Source of the DNA: a virus
Taxonomy: Duplodnaviria; Caudoviricetes
IMG/VR virus record: IMGVR_UViG_3300037780_000078
Location: 1-43,876 of that record
Strand: one strand, 5' to 3'
Length of the DNA stretch: 43,876 nt
Each line of letters starts with the position of its first letter. Within the stretch, counting starts at the first letter, position 1. Made by a program: the position numbers and the translations under genes. The notes beneath the pieces are model-generated. The model did no database searches. It saw only the letters and a program-made list of their open reading frames with translations, and had not been told where the DNA came from. This document shows positions 27,431 through 36,104 of this stretch, one piece after another.

Positions 27431-27887
27431 CGATGAGATCCATGTGCTGCTGTGGCCACCAGTACTGGTGGTCCTCGGGAACTGGGTCTACCCAGTTGAA
27501 CTGGTCGTACCACTCGGGCATCTTCCTCATGAGCATGCCCCTGTGTGACGAGTGGAGCTCCTCGCGCCCCAGCCAGGGTGGCATCTCGATCTGGGTTCCC
27601 TCTGGGACAAGGGGATCGGTCCAGTGGTCCGAGAAGTACAGACCCACCTCGTTGCTGTACCCGCGTCGGCACCACTCGCGAACGATGACGTCCTTGTAGA
27701 GACGCAGAGCGTCCAGCCAGGGTCGCCACATCCGGGTGACTGGGTGGTGGTACCAGCCCTGACTCGGACCGTGAACGCAGGCCCTGATGAGCACCGTGCA
27801 CTCGTTGCGCTGGTTGCCGAGGCGGCGACTGTCCAGCACCATCGCGCTGGCAGCGAAGTTCGGGTGGGGCAGGAACGTCTGCATCAT
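27423..27887 (-). CDS. Pyrimidine-dimer DNA glycosylase-like protein (DenV-like / MSMEG_6728 family)
   Basis: MQTFLP...SA.VLD.RRLGNQR.EC, HHPV.RMW, EW.RRGY, PPWLG...HSSHR..L.RK. Confidence 0.85.
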   Translation of the reverse strand: MMQTFLPHPNFAASAMVLDSRRLGNQRNECTVLIRACVHGPSQGWYHHPVTRMWRPWLDALRLYKDVIVREWCRRGYSNEVGLYFSDHWTDPLVPEGTQIEMPPWLGREELHSSHRGMLMRKMPEWYDQFNWVDPVPEDHQYWWPQQHMDLIDV

Positions 27888-28342
27888 GTCTCTCCTGTGG
27901 CTCGTAGATACATCTCCTCCATCATCAGGACGACGGCAACTCTGTTCACTGGGTCGTTGTACCACCGGTTGAGACCAGAGGGGTGCGGGACCGTGCACCA
28001 CCTGCGCATGACGCTGTGAGGACGCCAGGTCATCACTGGAGAGCGCGGAAGCCCTAGCGCGGCCCTAACCGCCTCGCCTAGTACCATCACTGTACGGCCC
28101 TCCAGGCGTTCCAGAATAGCCGGGGCTGCTCTGCGGGCTGCAGTGGCGTTCCAGGTTCTCTGCCCCAGCAGGTTCATGCGATCGAACACCCGGATGTAGT
28201 CCCGCTCGGTGCAGCCTGTTCTCTCCTGCACCATCCGACACAGTCGGTGGCCCGCTGACCCCTTCGGGCGAGGGAACAGAGCAAGATCCTCTCGCTCCCC
28301 GTAGGGGTTGTTCATCCCCACTATGGCAGGGCGGTTGGTCAT
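27884..28342 (-). CDS. Uracil-DNA glycosylase superfamily protein (divergent)
   Basis: IVGMNNP, SAGHRL, RMNLL, VMVLG..V, VPHPSGLNRWYN. Confidence 0.7.
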   Translation of the reverse strand: MTNRPAIVGMNNPYGEREDLALFPRPKGSAGHRLCRMVQERTGCTERDYIRVFDRMNLLGQRTWNATAARRAAPAILERLEGRTVMVLGEAVRAALGLPRSPVMTWRPHSVMRRWCTVPHPSGLNRWYNDPVNRVAVVLMMEEMYLRATGET

Positions 28343-28749
28343 CTGCCGTAGAGCACCTGCTGGAAGATCTTGATGCGCTCGTCCTTGTCCAGAACATTTA
28401 TCTGTTTGCACAGCTGAGTAGCAGCACGGTGGCGGGTGGCGAAGATGGGGCTTCGTGTCACGATCAGATTGAGCTCCCCTCTCCGGAACGACAGGAAGGT
28501 GTCGTCCTGAGTCGCCACATTCTGGTAATGTTCCCTGTCACCCTCCCACTTGAACCCCTCCTCTGTGAGGTAGCTGTGCAACCAGGAGAGAGCCCCGTCC
28601 CCGCCGCACAGAACGAGCACGTCTCGATCAGTGTCAGTGGGAGGGGGCACACAGGTCACTCGGCTCCCACAATTCCACTGCTGAATGTCCCCGCTCTGCT
28701 CTATCGTGGCGAGCACTCTGTCATCGGACGAGTTCCAGTTCTCAGTCAT
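28339..28749 (-). CDS. Small nucleotidyltransferase-fold protein
   Basis: GSRV......TDTDRDVLV (GS...DxD) plus a later FLSFR.GELNLIV strand. Confidence 0.55.
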   Translation of the reverse strand: MTENWNSSDDRVLATIEQSGDIQQWNCGSRVTCVPPPTDTDRDVLVLCGGDGALSWLHSYLTEEGFKWEGDREHYQNVATQDDTFLSFRRGELNLIVTRSPIFATRHRAATQLCKQINVLDKDERIKIFQQVLYGR

Positions 28750-29062
28750 CGCGGCACCCCAGCGTGCGCTCGCACATCTCGATGAACTTGTCGACACTGC
28801 CGCGCTGGATCTTCCCACCCGGCAGACGCTGCCACTTCTGGGCGGATGGCCACCACTGGACCACAGCACAGCCAGTGTGGTTGGCCATCACGAGCCAGTG
28901 GGTCAGGCCATTCTGCACCCGCAGGAAGTAGCCCCCTCGCCGCAGGACAGCCGCGATCTCCTCGCGTCGGTCCAGGGCTGACTGCAGGGACTCGGCTCGG
29001 GTGCGCTTGCGGTGGGCCTTCATTGCTCGGCCAACCTGTGCAATCTCTGAGTCACGTCCCAT
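28742..29062 (-). CDS. Hypothetical protein
   Basis: MGRDSEI...VQWWPSAQKW; overlap-coupled; GAGGAG SD. Confidence 0.65.
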   Translation of the reverse strand: MGRDSEIAQVGRAMKAHRKRTRAESLQSALDRREEIAAVLRRGGYFLRVQNGLTHWLVMANHTGCAVVQWWPSAQKWQRLPGGKIQRGSVDKFIEMCERTLGCRDD

Positions 29063-30089
29063 GGCGATACACTCCTCGCGGCTTGCCCTCACCGAGCCGG
29101 GCACGCTCGTACTTGTCGAACTCGCAGAGGGTGTGCTCCACCTCCCGCATCTCCCATGCCGGCCAGTGCTCGGCCTCCTGGTGGCAGCCCTCGATGTCGC
29201 CGAGCCTCCACTGCTCACCCTCGCAGTAGTCGTGATCAAACAGGAGACTGCCGCCGGACCGCTGTGGCCAGTAGCGGGTCATGGTACTCGCAGTGAGCAG
29301 GTCGCGCATCAGCTTGTTCATGGCCATCTTGCTCATGGGCGGGGGGTTCGGTCTCCTGTCCTTGGTCCAGCCGCAGAAGATGCGCGACAGGCCACGGTGA
29401 GCGCCAGGACCGGGGTTGGCCCACGTCATGATGTCCGGGGCGCGCTCCAGCAGCTTCGTGTGGCGGAGGTCAGTGATCACCTCGTACGCCATGAAGTCCC
29501 CCATGTACGGGAACTGGCGCAGCCAGCCCCACGCCTCCTCGAGAGAGACGTCCTGGCCTCGTTCACATGCCTCAGCGAACTGCCCCCAGCCGACAGGGTT
29601 GTCGTAGCCAGGTGGTGTGGACTCTCTGGCTATGAACCACTCGACACACTTCAGAACACCACCGAGTTTGTCGAAGCCATTGGGGGTCTTGACAATGTAC
29701 GCCCCAGTGACGTAGGGTGGTTCCTGGTGCTTGAGTGCATGGTAGAGCGGGTCAGTGGAGTTCTGCTCCAACGCCCGCTCCCACGGTGTGTGTGGTCCAT
29801 CTGTCGCGAAGATTGTCTCGCCCGTGGTGATCCGGTTGAACCAGCGGAACAGGACAGTGGCGAGCAGTACCCGAGGGTCATCACGCATGGGGTCGCGGAC
29901 GTTCTCCCGGAACCACACAGTGGTGGCGTCCAGCTCGCGGAACACGTTGGTGAACCTGTAGTGGCTGAGGACCGGGTCGCGGGTCCAGGGTGCAGAGACC
30001 CCGGCCTGGCGTCTCAGGTAGATCGCGTGCCGCTCGCGCGCAAACGCGAAGAACCTGCGGATCATCTCACTCTGCTCTTCATCGTACAT
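29052..30089 (-). CDS. aGPT-Pplase1 family (alpha-glutamyl/putrescinyl-thymine pyrophosphorylase clade 1; HhH glycosylase-like fold)
   Basis: ERHAIY.RR.AG...PWT.DPVL..YRFTNVFRELD.TT, FRWFN, GDFMAYEV.TD, NPGPGA.RGL, EVEHTLCEFDKY.R. Confidence 0.88.
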   Translation of the reverse strand: MYDEEQSEMIRRFFAFARERHAIYLRRQAGVSAPWTRDPVLSHYRFTNVFRELDATTVWFRENVRDPMRDDPRVLLATVLFRWFNRITTGETIFATDGPHTPWERALEQNSTDPLYHALKHQEPPYVTGAYIVKTPNGFDKLGGVLKCVEWFIARESTPPGYDNPVGWGQFAEACERGQDVSLEEAWGWLRQFPYMGDFMAYEVITDLRHTKLLERAPDIMTWANPGPGAHRGLSRIFCGWTKDRRPNPPPMSKMAMNKLMRDLLTASTMTRYWPQRSGGSLLFDHDYCEGEQWRLGDIEGCHQEAEHWPAWEMREVEHTLCEFDKYERARLGEGKPRGVYRHGT

Positions 30090-30148
30090 GATGCCCTCCT
30101 TGGCTGTGCCTACTGTACACCCGCATCACGCTCTGTGCCAAATGTGGT

Positions 30149-30179
30149 GAGGCCCGGCTCCCTCTCGGGACCGGGCCTC
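30149..30179 (-). terminator. GC hairpin after the 30204 gene
   Basis: GAGGCCCGG-ctccctctcggga-CCGGGCCTC. Confidence 0.55.
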
Positions 30180-30203
30180 GGGTCTCTCGACGGGAGGCTG
30201 GAC

Positions 30204-30416
30204 CTAGTCGAAGAAGCCCTCCTTGATCATGGACTCAAGGATCACCACAGTGTCTGCGGGGTCCATGGACGCCACAACCTCTGAGCCCAGGCCCCGGATC
30301 TCGACCATCGAGCGCCCAGTAGTCGGGACACACAGGCCCCAGATGCGATCAGCGATCTCCTGGGCGTGGAGCCGGTCAGAGGCCGGGATCACGAGGCGGT
30401 TCTTGGTGTAGTTCAT
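30204..30416 (-). CDS. Hypothetical protein (stand-alone cassette)
   Basis: MNYTKNRLVIP...; own promoter and leader; hairpin downstream. Confidence 0.7.
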   Translation of the reverse strand: MNYTKNRLVIPASDRLHAQEIADRIWGLCVPTTGRSMVEIRGLGSEVVASMDPADTVVILESMIKEGFFD

Positions 30417-30479
30417 TGTCACATCTCCTTGGCTAGTTGACAACAGAGTTGTCATACACCGAGCTGAGACAGTTGTAAA
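30414..30479 (-). promoter_or_regulatory. Promoter TTTACA-N17-TATGAC plus leader hairpin
   Basis: (TG)TTGTCA-actagccaaggagatg-TGACAA(TG). Confidence 0.7.
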
Positions 30480-30485
30480 CCCACA

Positions 30486-30518
30486 AAAAGACCCCCGGAC
30501 CATGCGGACCGGGGGTCT
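30486..30518 (-). terminator. Rho-independent terminator
   Basis: GACCCCCGG stem / CCGGGGGTC followed by TTTT on the minus strand, after the 30545 gene. Confidence 0.7.
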
Positions 30519-30544
30519 CTCACCAGCCAAGGTGGGTCGCCGAG

Positions 30545-31228
30545 TTACTCGGCGACGATGTAGCCCTTGCCCAGGTCGTGGGCGATGTCGGCCGCATTCG
30601 GGTTACCCTCGGGGGCGTCGGCCGCACGGGCCAGGTGCTGCTCGATGGTCTGGCCGGCACGGTAGCCCTGGAAGCGAGCGTGGGACTTGGTGCCCTCACG
30701 CTTGGGGCAGTTGTCGCCGGTGTTGTATTCCTTGCCCTCGGGCGTCTTGCCGAACTTCAGCACTGCGGTGACCGGCTTGCCGCCGATGGTGCGAGCCTTC
30801 TGCTCCTTGGCTTCGCCAGCGTCCTTGTTCTCGGGGGCCTGATTCTTGGCCATGATGCTCTCCTTCTTCGTCCAGATCCTGTCTGCTCGGACCACCCGGC
30901 AGATCTCGTCGGTTTCGGATGGAGCGTCGCCCGAGACCCGACAGATCGCATCCCACAGCGCCTCACCGGCCTCGTCGACACAGAGTCGACGATACGCCTG
31001 AAGACTTCCACCGGGGTCCTCCGGCACCAGTACCTTCGACTGGGGCCGGGCTACCCTCTCGAGCAGAGCCTGCAGCTCTCCCCGAGGGCTGTAGTTCGCG
31101 ACAAGATCAGACGGCCCCTGCATCTTGGGATCCCCGAGTTGGATGAGCGGATGCTCATCTGCCTCGTCCCAGGACTTGAACCGGTAGGGCGTGCCCTCAC
31201 CGTGCCGAGTGATCGCTATCGTGACCAA
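30545..31228 (-). CDS. Hypothetical protein, paralogue family member 3 (possible internal start at 30853)
   Basis: TTG start with GGAGGAG SD; in-frame ATG 30853 with AAGGAG SD; C-terminal PKREGTKSHARF..Y..GQT...DIAHDLGKGYI. Confidence 0.7.
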   Translation of the reverse strand: MVTIAITRHGEGTPYRFKSWDEADEHPLIQLGDPKMQGPSDLVANYSPRGELQALLERVARPQSKVLVPEDPGGSLQAYRRLCVDEAGEALWDAICRVSGDAPSETDEICRVVRADRIWTKKESIMAKNQAPENKDAGEAKEQKARTIGGKPVTAVLKFGKTPEGKEYNTGDNCPKREGTKSHARFQGYRAGQTIEQHLARAADAPEGNPNAADIAHDLGKGYIVAE

Positions 31229-31253
31229 GACATGCTCCTCCTTGAGCCTGGTC

Positions 31254-31282
31254 AGTGTGCTGGCACACCAGCCAGGTGTAAA
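31254..31282 (-). promoter_or_regulatory. Promoter TTTACA-N17-CACACT
   Basis: Same class as 20445; spacer shares CCTGGCTGG. Confidence 0.6.
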
Positions 31283-31286
31283 GCCC

Positions 31287-32792
31287 CTAGACCGGGTAGC
31301 CCCGACCACCTCTGGGTGCCACCACGCTCAGAGTCTGCCTGGCCCTGGTGGTGGCCACGTACCATACACGAGCCTCGTCCTCGGGGTTCTGCTCTGCCTC
31401 CTCGTGGGTGCGCTTCGCCATGTCCGTGAGCAGTACCACATGGTCGGCCTCACCACCCTTCGAGCCGTGGATCGTGGACAGTCGGACCCGTGGCTTCTTG
31501 GACAGCCGCTCTCCCTTCTGTCTAGCACGGAGAATGTACACGCGATCACGATCCGCCATGCGCTCAAACGCCTCATGCCAGATGGCGTCAGTGACCAGAC
31601 CACCGGACTCCCTCAGATCAGCCATGCTCACCTGGTCCTCATCGGAGAAGTTGGGTAGCCTCTTGAACCCGCGCCGAACACCAGTCCCAGTGGAGAGCAT
31701 GTCGTAGATCTTGCGCACATCCGGGATGCCGACTCTCTCCCCTCGTCTGAGTCTCTCCCAGGAGAGGATGGCCTGAATGGCTCCATCCCTCACAGAGGAC
31801 TGCCCACGAAACTCGTAGACGACCCCATCAGACTCCAGCAGAGGCATGACCTGCTCACGCAGAGCGTAGACGTTGCGCGCGAGGACCAGAACGTCATCGC
31901 CCGACATGTCCACGTCCTCAAACCGCATCGGCCGCTCCACCCGACCAACTGTGTCATGCGGACTCCACCTCTTCTCACGCCTGTTCCTGACGGCAGAGAT
32001 CACCTCCTGGCCGACCGCCTGGATCTGTGGGGGCACCCGCCAGGACCGACCCAGCACCTGAACCTCCCCCCGCATCTGGACGAAGTGCTCGACAGCTGCA
32101 CCAGCCCAGCGGTAGATTGCCTGGTCGTCGTCGCCGGCAACGATGACTCGACGAGCACCCTGAGCCAACTTCTCGACGACTCTCCACTGGAGCATCGAGA
32201 GATCCTGGGCCTCGTCGATCACGAGAACCTGGAGGCGGGGGGAGTGTCCTTCCTGGACAAACCTCTCGAGCATGTCCGTGTAGTCGAGCAGGAATGTTGA
32301 GTCCTTGTACTGCCGCAGTGATCTGGACACGTAGTCCACCTTGTTCCAGCTGAGATTGTCGCTGTTCTCCTCGTACTGCTGCCTGAGGCTCACGCCCCTG
32401 ACGCGAGCGAGGTTCTCCATGAACAGGATACGGTCTCCCTCCTCGAACCCGAACATCTGCGTGTCGTCCATGGAGCGGTACTCGCTGACCCTGACGCCAA
32501 CGTGCTCACCAAACTCCCTGAGCCGCTTGCCCTGGAGCACGTCACCCTGGGTCATCCCAAGCTGCTGGAAGCACAGTGAGTGGAGGGTCCTGAAGTATCT
32601 GAACTGTCCCCGACTCAGGTTGAACTTCTCGCAGGCACGCTCGACTGCCTCAGTGGCGGCTCTCTTGGTGAAGGACAGATACCCTATCTCCTCGGGTGGA
32701 GTCCCTCGGGCCAGCTCCTCCTCCACGAAGCGCAGGAGAGTGGTGGTCTTCCCTGTTCCAGGCGGTCCAAGGATCAGCTCTGGGTGCATCAT
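31287..32792 (-). CDS. UvrD/Rep-family (SF1) helicase
   Basis: GPPGTGKT, TLHS, IDEAQD, GDDDQAIY, STIHGSKGGEAD, YVATTRA. Confidence 0.95.
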   Translation of the reverse strand: MMHPELILGPPGTGKTTTLLRFVEEELARGTPPEEIGYLSFTKRAATEAVERACEKFNLSRGQFRYFRTLHSLCFQQLGMTQGDVLQGKRLREFGEHVGVRVSEYRSMDDTQMFGFEEGDRILFMENLARVRGVSLRQQYEENSDNLSWNKVDYVSRSLRQYKDSTFLLDYTDMLERFVQEGHSPRLQVLVIDEAQDLSMLQWRVVEKLAQGARRVIVAGDDDQAIYRWAGAAVEHFVQMRGEVQVLGRSWRVPPQIQAVGQEVISAVRNRREKRWSPHDTVGRVERPMRFEDVDMSGDDVLVLARNVYALREQVMPLLESDGVVYEFRGQSSVRDGAIQAILSWERLRRGERVGIPDVRKIYDMLSTGTGVRRGFKRLPNFSDEDQVSMADLRESGGLVTDAIWHEAFERMADRDRVYILRARQKGERLSKKPRVRLSTIHGSKGGEADHVVLLTDMAKRTHEEAEQNPEDEARVWYVATTRARQTLSVVAPRGGRGYPV

Positions 32793-34336
32793 ATCGGCGG
32801 GGCCTCCTTCTCGGCCGTCTTGATCGTGGGTGCAGTACCGATGTCACGTGGGACCCACCAGCAGTTCACACCCCGGTTGCTCACCTTGAGGAACTGTCCG
32901 TCCCCACCGAGTTCTCGGATCTTGGTGACGATCTGTCCTCTGTTGTACGCGCGGAACCCCTGCTTGTCCAGGAACGACTGCAGATCCTTGACCCGGAAGT
33001 AGTGTCGACCAGAGTCTTCGTCCAACCAGGGTTTGCCCAGGAGGATGTCCTCTCTCTTCTCACCTCTGTGCCTGTTGGTGCAGAACTCCTCGACCAGCTC
33101 AGCGAACTGGCCAGAGATGCCCACCTCGGGTGCAGCCTCGATGATGATCGCCGACTGCATGAGTGGTGAGAGAAGGCTGATCCAGTCAGTCTGCTTCATC
33201 ATCTGGAACACAGTGGTCAGGGTCTCCATGCACCTGGCCTGGAACCTGCGGTAGTTCAGCAGATCGTCCGTGGACAGCTCCACCCGCTCTCCCTCAATGT
33301 CGAGGAACCAGACCGGCGGATCTGAGTCGAGCTTGGAGATGCCGGACACACTGGGCCACATGTCACCTCCGCCCACACCGAACCGCCTGGTCTTGCAGAG
33401 ACCACCGTTGCAGTGCTCCAGACAGGGGCTGTCCTTGCACTTGTACCCGTAGTCCTTGCGCTCCAGGTTGGTGGCCACGTTGTTCACCTCATCGAACGAC
33501 AGTGGTGGATTCATGGCCTCCTGATTCAGCTTCTGCAGCTCCTCCTTCCACTTCTCCCCGTACTTCTTCTTGCAGTAGACACCCAGACCAAACAGACCGT
33601 TGTTCCGTGTTCCCTCAGGGAAGCCCTGCTCGCACAGATGCTGCAGACAGGGCGGACCATCCGCCAGCAGAGTGGCAGCTGGTGACTTGGTCGAGCCCGG
33701 CCCTGGGATGAGCTGCTCCAGCTCGTCCAGTGTGACGAGCATGTGCTCTGCTCTGGTGAGGAACTCACCCAGGGACATCTCGGCCCCTGTGCGCTTGACC
33801 CCCACCCTGTTGGACTCATCTCCTCCGTAGTACGGCATGTTCAGCCAGTTGCCCAGATCTCCCCGGTCGAGCAGGATCCTGCTCTGCTTCGGAAAGATCT
33901 CGCACTCACCCAGCCCCAGAGAGGCTGAGATCTGTCTCAGGTGAGCCTGAAACTCACCAGCATCCACCGGCTCCGCCAGGAACATGAAGAGGTGTGCTCC
34001 ACCCGACTTGGACTTGCAGAGGAGGAGCGGGAGGTTCCTGCTCTCAACCTGCGACACCAGCTCAGCGTGCGTGAGGTCGTACCTGTCGACATCAATACAC
34101 CCCCACCAGCAGGTGTTGTCCTCAGTGATCGGAATGATGCCCAGGGGCTGCCGCCCCTCGAGGTGTGCAAGCCAGAGATCCGGTGTGACCGACTCACGGA
34201 TGGTGCGTGCGGTCCTCTTGATCTCCAGCTTGCCACCCTTGGCCGCACTGCGGTCTGTGTCGCCATGCGTACCATAGGCCCCTTCAAATCCCCGGAAGAG
34301 CCGCTGGATGCGATCCAGCGGCTCCTGCTCGGACAT
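32789..34336 (-). CDS. Archaeo-eukaryotic-type primase (AEP) with PriCT-like domain
   Basis: WGCIDVD, SKSGGAH, EIFPKQ, GNWLNMPY, GPPCL...EGTRNNGLF, Cys cluster. Confidence 0.85.
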   Translation of the reverse strand: MSEQEPLDRIQRLFRGFEGAYGTHGDTDRSAAKGGKLEIKRTARTIRESVTPDLWLAHLEGRQPLGIIPITEDNTCWWGCIDVDRYDLTHAELVSQVESRNLPLLLCKSKSGGAHLFMFLAEPVDAGEFQAHLRQISASLGLGECEIFPKQSRILLDRGDLGNWLNMPYYGGDESNRVGVKRTGAEMSLGEFLTRAEHMLVTLDELEQLIPGPGSTKSPAATLLADGPPCLQHLCEQGFPEGTRNNGLFGLGVYCKKKYGEKWKEELQKLNQEAMNPPLSFDEVNNVATNLERKDYGYKCKDSPCLEHCNGGLCKTRRFGVGGGDMWPSVSGISKLDSDPPVWFLDIEGERVELSTDDLLNYRRFQARCMETLTTVFQMMKQTDWISLLSPLMQSAIIIEAAPEVGISGQFAELVEEFCTNRHRGEKREDILLGKPWLDEDSGRHYFRVKDLQSFLDKQGFRAYNRGQIVTKIRELGGDGQFLKVSNRGVNCWWVPRDIGTAPTIKTAEKEAPPI

Positions 34337-34337
34337 T

Positions 34338-35153
34338 CTAGATCGGGGCCTCCGACGTGTCCTCGGCCTCGACCTCGTCAGTTGCTGCCATCACCTCGCC
34401 GGCACTGACAGACTCGTAGAGGCGACGACCTGCGTCACGCTGCTCCCGGCTGGTGACCCAGCCCCGGTCCTCGATCTTGAACTTGTACCAGGACTGCGCC
34501 CCGCGCTCAACGAACACGGTGCGGAGGGTGTAGGCACGGAACCAGGCCGGAGCCTTCTGGCCACCCGGAAGCTGGTACTGCTCCATGAGACTCGTCCAGG
34601 CACGAGAGACGGTGTGGTTCGTGCCGGCCATCGGAATCACAGCGGCGAAGGCACCTTCGATCGTGATCATGTACCCGAAGTGGAAGCGGGTGTCAACCAG
34701 ACGATTCCCATTGTCGCGGACCCACATCTTGCGGTCCGCATTCTGCGGGTCAACAACTTCCTTGGCATCAGAAGGCATGTCGTCGTATGCGTGCTGAGCG
34801 ACGACCGAGCCCTCACCGGGAGCACCCTCCCACTCGACCCACATGCGCGTGTATGCGCAGGGCTGGAACACAGCAGAGCCATCGGCGTTCCAGATCTTCT
34901 GCAGGGCGCGACAGATGATCTGACCAGACTCGGCACCCTCGACCCGCTTCGAGCCGTTCTTCTTGACCTCGCCGGAGTTGTCCTGGAGGATGGCAATGAT
35001 GGGGACCAGACGGTCCTCAGCCTTGTCCGAGTAGCCCAGACCTGTGAGGCCATCAAGCTCCTCATTCGAGAGGGCCACAGGACCCTCGCCACCGATCAGC
35101 GCCAGAGCGTTCTTCGGCTCCTCGGCTGCGGCTTCTTCCTTCTTCTTGCTCAT
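34338..35153 (-). CDS. Probable ssDNA-binding / annealing protein
   Basis: P.IAILQDNS.E, WVEW, acidic C-terminal tail; position in the replication operon. Confidence 0.6.
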   Translation of the reverse strand: MSKKKEEAAAEEPKNALALIGGEGPVALSNEELDGLTGLGYSDKAEDRLVPIIAILQDNSGEVKKNGSKRVEGAESGQIICRALQKIWNADGSAVFQPCAYTRMWVEWEGAPGEGSVVAQHAYDDMPSDAKEVVDPQNADRKMWVRDNGNRLVDTRFHFGYMITIEGAFAAVIPMAGTNHTVSRAWTSLMEQYQLPGGQKAPAWFRAYTLRTVFVERGAQSWYKFKIEDRGWVTSREQRDAGRRLYESVSAGEVMAATDEVEAEDTSEAPI

Positions 35154-35157
35154 TTCT

Positions 35158-35745
35158 TCACTTTCTCTTCTTGATCTTCACGACCTGGCCCACAGTTGCA
35201 CCAAGGATGTCGAGGGGCAGGGCCACTCCCTTCTCCACCTGCTCGCGCACAAACGACTTCAGTGTCGCCCAGTGCACACTCAGAGACCTCTCGGTCTTGA
35301 CTTCAATGCCCGCCTCCTTGGCGAACGCTTGGATGGCCTCACCCATGGGCGCCATGTGCTCAAAGTCCCTGCGGTCCATCGTCACGACCAGCGTGGCCTT
35401 GATGAGGTCACCGTGGTTGTTCTCGATGAGCCAGTCCAGACCGGGCTGAGGATCGTCCTTGGGGAGAGAGGCATGGTAGAACGGCTCGAGCACGAGATCC
35501 ACATTGTCCTCAGAGAGGCCGATCTTGTCCTGACCAAACTGGGTCATCAGGTCCACCATCTCGCGGTGGAGTATCGTGTGGCGACGCTCCTTGAGCTCAC
35601 TCAGCAACTGCTCACCGCGCTCGATGCGACGATCTACCTCAGCTACCTCTCGTCCCAGCTCAGTGAGCTTCTGGCTCTCCTCAGCTGTCGGTGCACGTGT
35701 CACCTGAGCCGCCTCGCTGGCGAGCTCATCCAGAAAGTCATCCAT
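35158..35745 (-). CDS. Conserved phage replication-region protein
   Basis: DWLIENNHGDLIK, VHWATLKSFVREQ motifs; AAGGAGG SD. Confidence 0.75.
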   Translation of the reverse strand: MDDFLDELASEAAQVTRAPTAEESQKLTELGREVAEVDRRIERGEQLLSELKERRHTILHREMVDLMTQFGQDKIGLSEDNVDLVLEPFYHASLPKDDPQPGLDWLIENNHGDLIKATLVVTMDRRDFEHMAPMGEAIQAFAKEAGIEVKTERSLSVHWATLKSFVREQVEKGVALPLDILGATVGQVVKIKKRK

Positions 35746-35766
35746 GAGTAGTCCTCCTTGACTGCT

Positions 35767-35800
35767 GCGTACTCTACACGCGACCGTGGCCCAGAGCTAG
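35767..35800 (-). promoter_or_regulatory. Conserved upstream motif CTAGC-N6-CCACGGTCG-N3-GTAG-N2-TACGC
   Basis: Second copy in the opposite orientation at 36105-36139. Confidence 0.6.
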
Positions 35801-35807
35801 ACTGGTG

Positions 35808-35969
35808 GGTATTGGTGGTATTGGCCCCTCGTGTACGCGCGCGAAAGCCTAGCGGTAACTTAACGCGGGAGTAGCCAATACGACAATACTTCCGATACCT
35901 TCCCGAGTAGTGCTCGGCTGGACAGGGTATTGGCTGGGTATTGGAAGTATTGGTGAGGGTGCGGGGGTG
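35808..35969. repeat. Iteron/palindrome element, copy B (inverted relative to copy A)
   Basis: GTATTG x2; CCTCGTGTACGCGCGCGAAAGC; CAATAC x2 + CGATAC; palindrome CCGAG-N5-CTCGG (35903-35917); GTATTG x3; GAGGGTGCGGGGGTG. Confidence 0.85.
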
Positions 35970-36104
35970 ATGTTCCTTGGTGTGCTGTGCCTCAGTGCAT
36001 GCGTGTGCAGGGGCTCTGGATCCTTCCACAGTGACACAGAGCCCGGAGGACGCGCGTACCTCCCCCGCCCTCCCCTCATCACTGGACAGCGATGGAGTAG
36101 GTCC

